Positions 1 to 10,009 are shown, counted from the first letter of the stretch. The stretch is DNA of 64,000 nucleotides from an uncultured Ruminococcus sp. (GCA_944388405.1 CALXIQ010000036.1:301-64300); one strand, 5' to 3'. The notes: generated from the sequence alone by a model not told the origin. Made by a program: numbers and translations.

Positions 1-1
1 C

Positions 2-2002
2 GACAGCGGAGAAATTGCTCCTACTACTTGTAACAAAGATGAACATACCCACGGCGACGGTAACTGCAATTATGACTGTGGAAAAGAGCAACACATCCAT
101 ATCGATTCCTGCTATAACTGCGGAAAAACAGAGCACACCCATATCGATTCTTGCTATGAGCTGACCTGTGGTATACAGGCACATACTCAGCATACTGACG
201 ACTGTTATATGAGCTCGCTCCACCCGGGTGAGAATTTGTGGGTATACGAAACGTGCGAAGAAGTAACCATAGCCGCCGACGGCAGTACAGTGCTGAATGT
301 GTATTTTAACAGAAGGGAATTTACACTGACGTTTAATTATGATTACAACAGATGGGATGGCTATCGAGAGCGTGAGGAGATAACTGCTCGCTGGGGTGAA
401 TATATTGCTGACGAATACAATGATATAGTTGATAATGCAGGAGATTCGTTCTGGAGTGAAAACTATAACGGCTCAGGTCCTTATACAAATTATATCGGTA
501 TAATGCCTCAAGAAGACAGAACCTATTATTTAAACCATGATGGCGGTAACAGCAGAAGCACTATGACATATTATGGTGAAGATTTAAATGGCGAATATCA
601 GGTTATTTTCACATTGACGCTCAGAGGAAACTATTATGTTACCGTGGAAGATTTTTATGAGTTTGAGGGATATACTTTCAATCGCCGAATGAGCAGTGAA
701 GAAGGCGACGATTGTGACGGTGCTCAGTTCTATTATGATCGCAATGAATATACACTTAACTTTTTCTCCGGCAACAACAATACCCCTGTTCATTCAGAAA
801 ATGTAAAGTATCAGGAAAACCTTGGACAGTATAATTATACGCCTACAACCCCTCCCGAAGGAATGGAAGAGGACGCTCAGTTTGTGGGCTGGTATCAGAA
901 CCCGGAGTGCACCGGTGAAGAATACATTCTTTCCGAGCACACTATGCCGGCCAATGACATGGCGCTCTATGCCAAGTGGGTCAACGGTTTGTATACAGTC
1001 AGAACCTTTACCGATGAAACTATGGAGGAGCTTTACACATACGACGGCTACAACGGAGTGCAGGATAATATAGTAAAATACACTCTTGCAACTGCGCCCA
1101 CCGACCCCACAAAGGAAGGCGAGGTGTTTGTAGGCTGGTTCTACAATGACAATGGAGAAGAAAAGCCTTTTTCCTTCACAATGCCTATTACAAGGAACTA
1201 TGATTTGTATCCAAAATTCTCGGACGAAGCGTTTGTATCATATACGGTACGCTATCTCGAGCAGGGAACTAATACGCCACTTGCCGATGATAAAACAGGA
1301 ACAGCAAGAATCGGCTCAAACGTTACCGAAAGGGCAAAAATGGGAGACGAGTTGAACTTAGCGCCGGCTGGAACCAATTACTTCCCATTGCAAACGGGCA
1401 CCAGCATTACATTAAACCGTGATGGTCAGGAGATAATTTTCTATTATACTCCTGCCACCGCAATACAATATACGGTCAGATATGTGAATGCAAGTGATGA
1501 AGATTTAATTCCCTCCGTAACTAAAACAACTGCAGATTCAGTGGTTACGGAAACATATGTTGAGATTGAGGGCTATACGCCCAGACAGTACCAGCAGACT
1601 CGGGAGCTGTCGGCAAATGCTGAGGATAACGTTATAGTGTTTGTCTACGATTCATCGGCGACAGAACTTGAAATCTGGAAAAAAGGCGCAGACGAAGCCC
1701 TTGACCCCGATGCAAACTTTGTATTCAATATCAAGGGTATTGATGAAAATACCTCGCATATCGACCTGACCGTAACAATAAACGGAAACGGTCACATCAA
1801 CATCACCGACCTGCCGGTAGGCGAATATACTGTTGAAGAAACCGACTGGTCATGGCGGTATACACCTGAAAATAAAACACAGGAAATTACATTATCAGCC
1901 GGAGAAAATAATCAGCTGATATTTGAAAACAACAGAACCGAGGATCAGTGGCTGGACGGCGAAGCTTCCTGCGTAAATGAATTTGTATGGAAGCAGGAAT
2001 AA
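2..2002 (+). CDS. Large surface/fibre-associated protein, 5'-truncated by the window edge: Cys/His repeats, Listeria-Bacteroides (InlB B/Flg_new-like) repeats, MucBP-like domain, C-terminal SpaA/prealbumin-like domain
   Basis: Frame is open from nt 2, upstream of the ORF-track Met at 209. FVGWY...LYAKW and VFVGWF...DLYPKF repeats, YTVRYV..D..L..S MucBP-like segment, LPVGEYTVEETDWSWRY SpaA-like segment. Confidence 0.7.
   Translation, partial: DSGEIAPTTCNKDEHTHGDGNCNYDCGKEQHIHIDSCYNCGKTEHTHIDSCYELTCGIQAHTQHTDDCYMSSLHPGENLWVYETCEEVTIAADGSTVLNVYFNRREFTLTFNYDYNRWDGYREREEITARWGEYIADEYNDIVDNAGDSFWSENYNGSGPYTNYIGIMPQEDRTYYLNHDGGNSRSTMTYYGEDLNGEYQVIFTLTLRGNYYVTVEDFYEFEGYTFNRRMSSEEGDDCDGAQFYYDRNEYTLNFFSGNNNTPVHSENVKYQENLGQYNYTPTTPPEGMEEDAQFVGWYQNPECTGEEYILSEHTMPANDMALYAKWVNGLYTVRTFTDETMEELYTYDGYNGVQDNIVKYTLATAPTDPTKEGEVFVGWFYNDNGEEKPFSFTMPITRNYDLYPKFSDEAFVSYTVRYLEQGTNTPLADDKTGTARIGSNVTERAKMGDELNLAPAGTNYFPLQTGTSITLNRDGQEIIFYYTPATAIQYTVRYVNASDEDLIPSVTKTTADSVVTETYVEIEGYTPRQYQQTRELSANAEDNVIVFVYDSSATELEIWKKGADEALDPDANFVFNIKGIDENTSHIDLTVTINGNGHINITDLPVGEYTVEETDWSWRYTPENKTQEITLSAGENNQLIFENNRTEDQWLDGEASCVNEFVWKQE
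77..160 (+). repeat. Two 42-bp tandem units encoding CGKxxHxHIDSCY, part of 4 Cys/His repeats spanning 29-208
   Basis: tgtggaaaagagcaacacatccatatcgattcctgctataac / tgcggaaaaacagagcacacccatatcgattcttgctatgag. Confidence 0.85.
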
Positions 2003-2020
2003 GAGAGGAGGGCGGAAAAT

Positions 2021-2596
2021 ATGTATAATGCAAATCGTTTCAAAAGGACGAGAAAGAATAAACAGCTTATTGCTCTGCTCTCTGTTCTTACGGTAATACT
2101 GGGGCTGGCGGGCGGTATAACGCTGGCGTATATCTTCACCCAGACCCAACCGATAGAAAATACCTTCCGACCCACCGAGGTCACCGTCGAAATCGAAGAG
2201 GAGTTTGACGGCAGTGTAAAAAGCGATGTGAAAATCACAAACACCGGAACAGCTCCGTCCTACATACGAGCCGCAGTTGTGGTCACATGGGTAACAAGCG
2301 ACGGCAGCACTTTGGCTGAAACCCCGGTTGAGGGCGAGGATTATGATATAACCTACGCAGAGAACACAGGCTGGCTTAAAGGCGACGATGGATATTGGTA
2401 TTACACAACGCCGGTAAATCCCAATGAATCCACAGGCATATTGATTGACGAGTGTACACAGCTTGCAGAAAAAGCCGACTGTCAATTGGCAGTGGAAATT
2501 CTTGCTTCGGCAATTCAGAGCGACCCGTCGGACGCCGTCACCGAGGCGTGGGGAGTAACGGTTTTAGACGGCGTTATCAGTAATCAGGGGGTGTAG
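2021..2596 (+). CDS. Secreted protein with SipW-type signal peptide (TasA/camelysin-like fibre subunit candidate)
   Basis: Basic N-terminus, hydrophobic core, then GGITLAY-IFTQTQPIENTF, the typical SipW-class cleavage context (T-x-A-Y...N-T-F). RBS GAGGAGGG upstream. Confidence 0.65.
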   Translation: MYNANRFKRTRKNKQLIALLSVLTVILGLAGGITLAYIFTQTQPIENTFRPTEVTVEIEEEFDGSVKSDVKITNTGTAPSYIRAAVVVTWVTSDGSTLAETPVEGEDYDITYAENTGWLKGDDGYWYYTTPVNPNESTGILIDECTQLAEKADCQLAVEILASAIQSDPSDAVTEAWGVTVLDGVISNQGV

Positions 2597-2599
2597 AAG

Positions 2600-3259
2600 A
2601 TGAAAAAATCAGTGAGGAAAGCGGCGTCGTTGCTGCTAAGCTTAATAAGTGCGATTTGCTTGTCATTTACCGCTTTGGCGGCTGACGCTTCCGTTACTTA
2701 TGACGGCAATGCCAGGGAATTTATCTTCGCACCGGGAAGCGATTATTCCCCCACCGACCTGTTTGATAACTTCAAAGGCGTAATGCCCGGCGATTCCCTG
2801 ACTCAGCAGATTGAAGTGAGAAACGATGTTTCAAACAATGTCAAGATAAAGCTTTACCTGCGCTCTCTCGGGGCGCAGGACGGCTCGGAGGAATTTCTGT
2901 CACAGATGAATCTTACCGTGGCTCAGGACGGAGATTCTCAGCTGTTTGACGCCCCGGCTGATGAGACGGACGGTCTTACCGACTGGGTGTATCTGGGCAC
3001 ATTCTATTCTGGGGCTGAAATTGGCCTTGATGTGATCCTCAATGTCCCCGAAACAATGGACAACGCCTTTCAGGACGCTGTCGGTGAGTTAAGCTGGCAG
3101 TTTAAGGTTGAGGAGCTTCCTGTTGAGCCGGACGACCCCACACCGCCGGATACAGGCTCCGATTCGGAGCTTCTGCCTTACGGCATTGCAATCGGGTGCT
3201 GTTTCGTGTTGTTGACAGCGCTGCCGATTGTGGCGAAGAAGCGCAGACAGCAGCGTTAA
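2600..3259 (+). CDS. Secreted, sortase-anchored surface protein (TasA-like beta domain plus PPDTG sorting signal)
   Basis: Sec signal ending ALA-ADA; [18 protein letters not shown] motif typical of TasA/camelysin-like proteins; C-terminal PPDTG, hydrophobic segment, KKRRQQR. Confidence 0.65.
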   Translation: MKKSVRKAASLLLSLISAICLSFTALAADASVTYDGNAREFIFAPGSDYSPTDLFDNFKGVMPGDSLTQQIEVRNDVSNNVKIKLYLRSLGAQDGSEEFLSQMNLTVAQDGDSQLFDAPADETDGLTDWVYLGTFYSGAEIGLDVILNVPETMDNAFQDAVGELSWQFKVEELPVEPDDPTPPDTGSDSELLPYGIAIGCCFVLLTALPIVAKKRRQQR

Positions 3260-3301
3260 AGTCTGTTTATCAGACAGTCCTGACAGCTCATGCCATATAG
3301 C

Positions 3302-3344
3302 AAAAATATAAGACGGCAAGAAAAATCTCTTGCCGTCTTTTGTT
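3302..3344. terminator. Bidirectional intrinsic terminator
   Basis: AAGACGGCAAGA/TCTTGCCGTCTT 12-bp stem with A- and T-tracts between convergent genes. Confidence 0.85.
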
Positions 3345-3364
3345 GTGCTTAGCTGTTTGTCAGG

Positions 3365-4738
3365 TTATTCACCCGACTTTCTCAGTGATTCGTTTAATGA
3401 TTTTTTGGATAGCATTACATACGGCACAATGCAGGATATGCATACAAATACCAATATAATTATCACAGCAAGCAGCAGCTGGTAAACGCCTGCTTGTATT
3501 ACCGTGTTCTCAAGCAGATTTGCTGACTTGCAGATTAAAAATCCTCCCAACGTTATAATCAGCGCCGTCAGGCAGACTATTATGTTGTAAAGCATTGAGA
3601 TTAAAATCAGATGCTTTTTCTTTGCACCGCATAAATACAGTATCGAATAGCTCTTGCTTTGATTCTTGCAGTTTATGGCGTTTACGCTTATCGAGCCTAT
3701 CATTGCAAGAATATATATCGCCGCAATTATCGGCAGCAGGGTGTAAACATCGTTCATTATCATATTTAAGCTGTTTTCCTGTATTTCGGAAAATCTCAAG
3801 GAGTAGCTCAATAAAGGCATATCTTCGTTGACAAATTTTCTGTTGTACATCTTTTCTTCTTCGGTAATGGATTCGTTGTATTTGATGTACAGCAAATCTG
3901 ACATTATTGCTTCCGCTCCGGTTTTGTTCCATTCATCCATTGAAAAGAACACCACAGGCTGGTTTACCGGTTCTTCCCCTTCCGTATAACCGTCTGATTC
4001 AAAGCTTCTTTCTATTTGCTCTTCGGTATATCCTAAGTTTGTATACTCATCTCTTACGCTGTTGAAATGTCTGCCGAACAAATTTAAATATGACGGCGTT
4101 CTGATATCTATTGTGTCAATTGAATTGTTGCTTATCGTTCCAAGGTATTTTTCATTGTCGCCGATAATGCCGATTATCTCAACTTCTATAGGCACATCCA
4201 GCACTTGAAACTTTGCAATATCTCCCACCTTGTAGCCGTAAGGGTTTTCGGTTATAACCGCCTGTGGATATTCGCTCTCCGGGTTGCTTTCCGTTATCCA
4301 CACTCCCTCTTGTACTTCGGGGATATACAGATTTGCGGCGTAATCGTCGTAAATAAGTGCATAAGCCATTAAAGAATACGTGGATTGGGTGCCCAGTTCG
4401 GGAATACCGAAGTCGGGAGTTTCCACTGTTACGGTATATCCTGTTTCAAGGTTGGTATAATTTATTGTTGAAACCAACTCTACGTTTCTCAGCTTTTCTT
4501 TTATCTGGTCGGTGCCGGTTATAACCTCGCCATTGTCCTCAAAATTTTGAAACCAGCCGTTGCAAAACAATCCGTCGTTCTCAAGGAGGTCTTTAATTGC
4601 GATGTAGTCGCCCACCTTTTCATCTACAGCCGAAGTCATTATCAGCGACACCGTAAACACCGCTATCATTTGTAGGATAATAAGTATATTTATCAGCGGA
4701 TGAGCCTTGAAGTTCTTTTTAATTATCTTTAAATACAT
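3365..4738 (-). CDS. FtsX/MacB-type ABC transporter permease
   Basis: One N-terminal TM, large acidic extracytoplasmic domain, three C-terminal TMs with YSILYLCGAKK (FtsX-like I.L..G) motif. Confidence 0.75.
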   Translation of the reverse strand: MYLKIIKKNFKAHPLINILIILQMIAVFTVSLIMTSAVDEKVGDYIAIKDLLENDGLFCNGWFQNFEDNGEVITGTDQIKEKLRNVELVSTINYTNLETGYTVTVETPDFGIPELGTQSTYSLMAYALIYDDYAANLYIPEVQEGVWITESNPESEYPQAVITENPYGYKVGDIAKFQVLDVPIEVEIIGIIGDNEKYLGTISNNSIDTIDIRTPSYLNLFGRHFNSVRDEYTNLGYTEEQIERSFESDGYTEGEEPVNQPVVFFSMDEWNKTGAEAIMSDLLYIKYNESITEEEKMYNRKFVNEDMPLLSYSLRFSEIQENSLNMIMNDVYTLLPIIAAIYILAMIGSISVNAINCKNQSKSYSILYLCGAKKKHLILISMLYNIIVCLTALIITLGGFLICKSANLLENTVIQAGVYQLLLAVIIILVFVCISCIVPYVMLSKKSLNESLRKSGE

Positions 4739-5877
4739 ATCATACCCTCCTTCTTAAACTTCAGATTTTTGTAGAGCAGCATTATGTTCAGGAGATAGGA
4801 CAGTATGCAGTAGATTACAATTATGCTGACGTAAATGTAAGGGGTGTAGGCTTGGGTAATAAGGGGGAAGGTTTCGGAAAGCAGCGGCATAAGAAGCTTG
4901 CTGTAAACCACTGCCGAAATCACACCCACCGGCAGCATAACCAGCATAATTTCATTGGCGGTGGAAATGCTCAGCCGTGAGGTTATTCCTCCGTATATGC
5001 GAAGAATTTCAAGCTGTCTTTGACGGCTTATGATTATGTAATTATACAGAATCGATATATTAAGCGCCGAAAGAATTGCAATGCACACCGAAATTATAAT
5101 TACGCTGAAATAGTAGGCGTTGTTTGCCGCCAGATCAAGAATTGCTTCGTTAATCGTTACCCTGTCACCGAAAAAGCCTTCTATGGTTGCTTCAAACTCT
5201 TCATATACCGACTGGGTTATCCTCTGGTTAAGCCCGAAATAAAAAGCGTCAAACATTTCGGTATCGTCGGGAATTGAGTTAAAGGGCACATATACGCTTT
5301 GAAAACCATAGCCGGCAATATTGGGGTTTGCAATACCTATTACATCATAGCTGCTTCCGAAGGCGGTAACGGTATCGCTTTGCTCCGGGGCAGGGGGAAT
5401 CTGAAATTCATATTCTTCTCCCAGAATCACCGCTACCATATCGCCGTTGCTGTACTGCTCCTGAGTAAAGAAACTGCCCTCCATCATCATCAGATCGTCA
5501 AGCATGGGGTCAAATACACTGTTTGCATATTCAATTTTCCCGTCATTATACTGAAGAAAAAAAGTTACCGGCACAGCTTCCTCTATTCCACTGACCTGTG
5601 TGCTGGTGGAACAGCTCATATCTGCGACATTTTCATACAACTCCGGGGGAACCTGCCTGATAAATTCCTCAATATCGCTTTTATAGATAATGTCGTTAAA
5701 GTTAAATGCCACGACAAAACTATCAAGCTCGCCGTCCTCAAGATTCCTGCTGTACTGATAAAACAAGCCTATAGAGAAAAATATTACTGTGAATGAGGTG
5801 AATATTACAAACAAGAGAATAACAAAGATTGAGGTGTTGTTTCTGGCAAGTATTTTAAGATTCTTAATGGAATACAT
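4729..5877 (-). CDS. FtsX/MacB-type ABC transporter permease
   Basis: Same topology; RQLEILRIYGG motif. Start moved to ATG 5877 behind AAAGGAG. Overlaps the next permease by 10 nt. Confidence 0.75.
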   Translation of the reverse strand: MYSIKNLKILARNNTSIFVILLFVIFTSFTVIFFSIGLFYQYSRNLEDGELDSFVVAFNFNDIIYKSDIEEFIRQVPPELYENVADMSCSTSTQVSGIEEAVPVTFFLQYNDGKIEYANSVFDPMLDDLMMMEGSFFTQEQYSNGDMVAVILGEEYEFQIPPAPEQSDTVTAFGSSYDVIGIANPNIAGYGFQSVYVPFNSIPDDTEMFDAFYFGLNQRITQSVYEEFEATIEGFFGDRVTINEAILDLAANNAYYFSVIIISVCIAILSALNISILYNYIIISRQRQLEILRIYGGITSRLSISTANEIMLVMLPVGVISAVVYSKLLMPLLSETFPLITQAYTPYIYVSIIVIYCILSYLLNIMLLYKNLKFKKEGMICI

Positions 5878-6559
5878 TCTTTCTTTCACTCCTTTTGACG
5901 AAACATCCAAGATCAATACTCACAGATTTGAATTTTATGCCTTCGCAGATATTTCAGTCGGGTAATTGGGATTACAAAACAGTATTTTTTCTCTGCATCG
6001 GGCTCACCTTGCTTTCTTTATTTAAACAAAACAATGAATTATAAACCACCTTGTGTGCTTTATGGTTTTATCTCATAAATTATCCTTAATAGCATTATAC
6101 CATACATAGAAAAAATGTCAATAAAATCAGGAAAATTTGCATTATCTTTAGAGTATATGCACAAAAGTCTAAGCAAGATTTTGTTAAACATTTTTGGGTA
6201 TCGGCAGAAATGTCATCATTGCTTTCCTATGAAAAATGTGATTTATCGGGCAATACTGAATAATGCACAAATTATCCCCATACATATTGTGAAAAAGGTA
6301 GAATTTCAGGTAAACATCAGTAAATTGCATAAAGATGCTTGAAATAATTTTGCATCAGTGTATAATTAAATTATGGGAAAGAATTATACATAACGCCCGG
6401 TTGTGATGGCGTTAATGTGGACGGATTTAATTATCATAAGGTATATATACAACGAAGAAAAAATTAGCTTGATAATGTAAAAAGTCTGAACGAAAGGTGC
6501 TGAGCGTTTATACGACACATTTCACGGCAAAAATTTGAAAATTATAGGAGGCTAATTTT

Positions 6560-8185
6560 ATGAAAAACAAGCTGATAATCTTTTTATGTTCACTTTCCCT
6601 TCTGCTGACCGGCTGTGCTGAAGGAGAAACTACGTCGTCACAAGGTGGCGACTTGAGCAACTCGGGAGCGTCGGACAGCACTCATGCGGAGGAAAGCGCA
6701 GAGGAGGTTGCAGAACCGGAGGATAGCGGCGATGACTTTGAAGCGGAGTACAACGCCGTTGCGGAAAAATATCCCGACAAAACCGTGCTGGTGTGGGCAA
6801 ATGTGACTAAGGCAAGATATCAGGACGAGGTTAATGAGTATCTTGCAGAGCATGGCAGCGACTATGTAATTTGTTTCAGATCATTTAACCCTGCCGCCGG
6901 TCTGACGGGCGAGAGCGATGAAGCTGCAACCTACGCTGAGGCAGTGGCGCAAGCTATAGAGGATTCTCAGCAGATTGATATAATAAGCTCCGGCATCAGA
7001 TATTTTGGAATGGACTCATTTTATAATATCTATCACAACTGCGTAGTCAACGGCTGGTTTGAACCTCTTGATGATTATCTCGAAAACACTGAGCATGGTC
7101 AGGAATTGTATAACCTTATGCCGGAAAACTATTGGCAGAGCCTGACGGTGAATGGCTCAATCTATGGCTTTGACGGTGCGGGTTATTGCCTGAAAGAGGA
7201 AGCGTGCTATATTATCAATGCCAATCTTGCGGACGAACAGGGCGTTGACCTTGACAATTTCGCAGGGGAATATGACGATTCCATCAGGGCGATTGCTGAT
7301 GTTTGCAGTGAAAACGGCTGGTATTTTGATGTAAACATTCTGGAGCAACCGGCGGTGTACAGCGATAATCAGTTTATAGCTTCAATGGTTTATATTGATG
7401 ACAACGGACAGGCGGCGAACTTTTTTGAAAGTCAGCCGGCTGAAGACCTGTACAACGCCATTTGCTACGGATTTGATAATGGCGTAATTTTAAGTGCAAT
7501 AACCGACGAATGGGAGGAAGGAACCCAGTTTACTAAGGAAAACGATTTTGGTTTAACTACATCTTCCCTGTGCGGCGGCTTTATAAACGGAAATTCCTGC
7601 GAAAAGATTCCCGACGGTCTGGGCATCGGTAATACGATAACAACCGATGCATACTATTATTACCCCGCCGTTTCAGATATGATATATTCCGCCAAAAGTG
7701 GCGTGGGAGTGTGTTCATCATCACAGTACAAGGACCTGGCATTTGAAGCAATCTGCGAGGTAATGACAAACCGGGAGCTTAACAATATTATCTGCTACGG
7801 CACAGACTATGAGATTGTGGACGGCTACGCTGTTACGGAGGAGTTTTATGTTCCTCCCTTAGGGCTGGAAAGCTTTGCGGTAAAAACCCCCTGTCGGGAC
7901 GCTGAAACTATTGAAACCGTCGACCGAATGAAGCAGGCGCTTGAAGATTTTGAGCTGATGGATTATGCAGGCTTCTGCTTTGATACCCGACCGGTGGCAC
8001 AGCAGATAATTGCTGTTGACACACTGATGTCGGAAATATGCAATGAATTTCCTTCCTCACAGTACGCAACAGGGGAGGACTATCTTGCCGACCTGAACGC
8101 ACGGCTTTACGACGCCGGATTACAGGACATCATAGACGAAGCCAATCGACAGCTGGAGGTATACAATAATGAAGAAAATAGTTAG
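6560..8185 (+). CDS. Extracellular solute-binding lipoprotein (family 1 / DUF3502-like C-terminus)
   Basis: Lipobox LTGC, Ser/Glu-rich linker, GWFEPLDDYL and NGSIYG motifs, GFCFDTRPV and AGLQDIIDEANRQL C-terminus. RBS AGGAGG. Confidence 0.75.
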   Translation: MKNKLIIFLCSLSLLLTGCAEGETTSSQGGDLSNSGASDSTHAEESAEEVAEPEDSGDDFEAEYNAVAEKYPDKTVLVWANVTKARYQDEVNEYLAEHGSDYVICFRSFNPAAGLTGESDEAATYAEAVAQAIEDSQQIDIISSGIRYFGMDSFYNIYHNCVVNGWFEPLDDYLENTEHGQELYNLMPENYWQSLTVNGSIYGFDGAGYCLKEEACYIINANLADEQGVDLDNFAGEYDDSIRAIADVCSENGWYFDVNILEQPAVYSDNQFIASMVYIDDNGQAANFFESQPAEDLYNAICYGFDNGVILSAITDEWEEGTQFTKENDFGLTTSSLCGGFINGNSCEKIPDGLGIGNTITTDAYYYYPAVSDMIYSAKSGVGVCSSSQYKDLAFEAICEVMTNRELNNIICYGTDYEIVDGYAVTEEFYVPPLGLESFAVKTPCRDAETIETVDRMKQALEDFELMDYAGFCFDTRPVAQQIIAVDTLMSEICNEFPSSQYATGEDYLADLNARLYDAGLQDIIDEANRQLEVYNNEENS

Positions 8186-8261
8186 TCTGATGCTTGCAGC
8201 GACGGCAGCACAGACACCGCTGCGGCAGGGATATATAGATCGGATTCAGCTTAAAGCCTGA
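8169..8261 (+). pseudogene. 30-codon remnant beginning like a signal peptide (MKKIVSLMLAA...), probable truncated next gene
   Basis: GAGGT RBS at 8156-8160, ATG overlapping the end of the SBP gene, signal-like start then early TGA. Confidence 0.4.
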
Positions 8262-8436
8262 ATTTTCCTATACATTAAGATAGTATTCAGATTTGCGATT
8301 TCAGCCGTAAAACTATCGTTTTTACTAAGTTTTTTTAAAAAACCTATTGCAAAAACAGACAAGGTGTTGTATAATATTATTGCATTCATTAGTGTTTTAA
8401 TGCGACACTTAAATAAAATATGGAGGGAATGTTACT

Positions 8437-9927
8437 ATGAAGAAATTTGGAAGAAGGCTTATTGCCGGACTTTGTTCTGCCGCAATTGCCGCAAGTATGT
8501 TTACAATGGCATCGGCTTCGTCCGCAACAACCTTGAATTCGTTTGAAGCGGTAAGTGAAAATGTAAAGCTTATAGGCCGTTCTTATCGTGGCGATGATAC
8601 TACTTATTTTAACTATACCGCAAGCGGTGTAGAGTTTACCTGCACAGGCTCAATGGTAAGATTTAAGGTGCGTCAGGCAGGCGACCCCACAAGAATCGCT
8701 ATTTATGTAAACGATGCACTTTATTCTGTGGGAATGCTCAGAGTAGGTTCAAACACTGGCGTTATCGACGTAGCGCTTGAAGAGGGTGAAAACACCGTTA
8801 AGCTGATCAAGCTTTCCGAATCTGCAAACTCCACCCTTGCAATCGACAGTATTGAGACTGACGGTGAAGCTATTGCTCCCACAGCTGCAAAGACTCATTC
8901 CATCGAGTTTATCGGCGACTCAATCACCTGCGGTTACGGCGCTGACGGTGCTTCCAACGAAGCGTTTTCAACTTCAAATGAAAACGGAGCAAAGACTTAT
9001 GCATATCTTACCGCTCAGAACTTTAACGCTGACTACAGCATGGTTTCTGTAAGCGGAGCGGGAATTATTTCGGGCTATACCGGCACACAGGGCGTAAAGA
9101 ATGAAACTCTTGTTGTTCCTACATTCTATGAAAATCTCTGTTACACATGGAGCTACATAGACGGTGCAAACGTTGGAAACTATGAGTGGGATTTCTCACA
9201 GTATCAGCCTGAGCTGGTTGTAATAAACCTGGGTACAAACGATAACTCCTACACGGGAAGCGATGCTACAAGACGTGCTGAGTATGAGGAAGGTTATGTT
9301 GAGTTCCTAAAGGTAGTAAGAGAAAACAACCCCGACGCTAAAATCCTCTGTACTCTTGGAATAATGGGTCAGCAGCTTTATGATTCAATGGCAAACGCTG
9401 TTGAAACATACACAACTGAAACAGGCGACAGCAACATCTATACTTATGAGTTTGCCGTTCAGGATACAACCAACAACGGTACAGCTCCCGACTGGCATCC
9501 TTCAGAGGCGTCCCACAGCGACGCTGCAGTAGAGCTTACAGATCAGATTGAAGCAATCATGGGCTGGGAAACGGTAACTCCTACCGAAACGGGAATGGCA
9601 GGCTACAGCAAGGACGACGACGCTGTATTTGACGTTGTTGCCGAAGAAGAGCCCGAGGATTCTTCTGTTGCGGATTCTGAGGCTGATTCATCTGTAACGG
9701 ATTCCGAGGCTGATTCTTCCGTTGCAGATTCTGAGGCTGATTCTACTTCCGACGCTTCAAGCGATACAGGCTCGACCGATTCTTCCGAGGTAAGCTCTGA
9801 GGAGTCTGTTCCTTCAACTGAGTCGCCGGCTACCGACAACAACCCGTCTACCGGAGCGGTAGCAGGAACAGCGGCAGTTGCAGTATTGCTCAGCGCTGCG
9901 CTTGTAACAGTAAAAAGGAAAAAGTAA
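8437..9927 (+). CDS. SGNH/GDSL carbohydrate esterase (CE2-like), cell-wall anchored
   Basis: Signal peptide; IEFIGDSITCGYG block I, VINLGTND block III, DWHP block V; Ser/Asp linker; NPSTG + TM + KRKK sorting signal. Confidence 0.85.
   Translation: MKKFGRRLIAGLCSAAIAASMFTMASASSATTLNSFEAVSENVKLIGRSYRGDDTTYFNYTASGVEFTCTGSMVRFKVRQAGDPTRIAIYVNDALYSVGMLRVGSNTGVIDVALEEGENTVKLIKLSESANSTLAIDSIETDGEAIAPTAAKTHSIEFIGDSITCGYGADGASNEAFSTSNENGAKTYAYLTAQNFNADYSMVSVSGAGIISGYTGTQGVKNETLVVPTFYENLCYTWSYIDGANVGNYEWDFSQYQPELVVINLGTNDNSYTGSDATRRAEYEEGYVEFLKVVRENNPDAKILCTLGIMGQQLYDSMANAVETYTTETGDSNIYTYEFAVQDTTNNGTAPDWHPSEASHSDAAVELTDQIEAIMGWETVTPTETGMAGYSKDDDAVFDVVAEEEPEDSSVADSEADSSVTDSEADSSVADSEADSTSDASSDTGSTDSSEVSSEESVPSTESPATDNNPSTGAVAGTAAVAVLLSAALVTVKRKK
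9658..9738 (+). repeat. Three 27-bp tandem repeats encoding DSSV(A/T)DSEA in the linker
   Basis: gattcttctgttgcggattctgaggct / gattcatctgtaacggattccgaggct / gattcttccgttgcagattctgaggct. Confidence 0.9.
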
Positions 9928-9969
9928 TTTTTAAATGCTGGCTGCATTTAAAGTAATGTGTTAAAAATC

Positions 9970-10009
9970 AAAAGCCCTGTCGGCAGAAATTGCGCGGCAG
10001 GGCTTTTTT
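9970..10009 (+). terminator. Intrinsic terminator
   Basis: AAAAGCCCTG...CAGGGCTTTTTT. Confidence 0.75.

Noticed and set aside
6115-6342. 75-aa ORF in the permease/SBP intergenic region (also 8364-8546, 36416-36658, 25181-25462)
   Set aside because: AT-rich promoter regions, no RBS and no protein-like features.
9658-9738. CRISPR-like repeats (also 77-160 and 14486-14596)
   Set aside because: Repeats are contiguous without unique spacers, two sets are in-frame coding repeats, and no cas genes are present.
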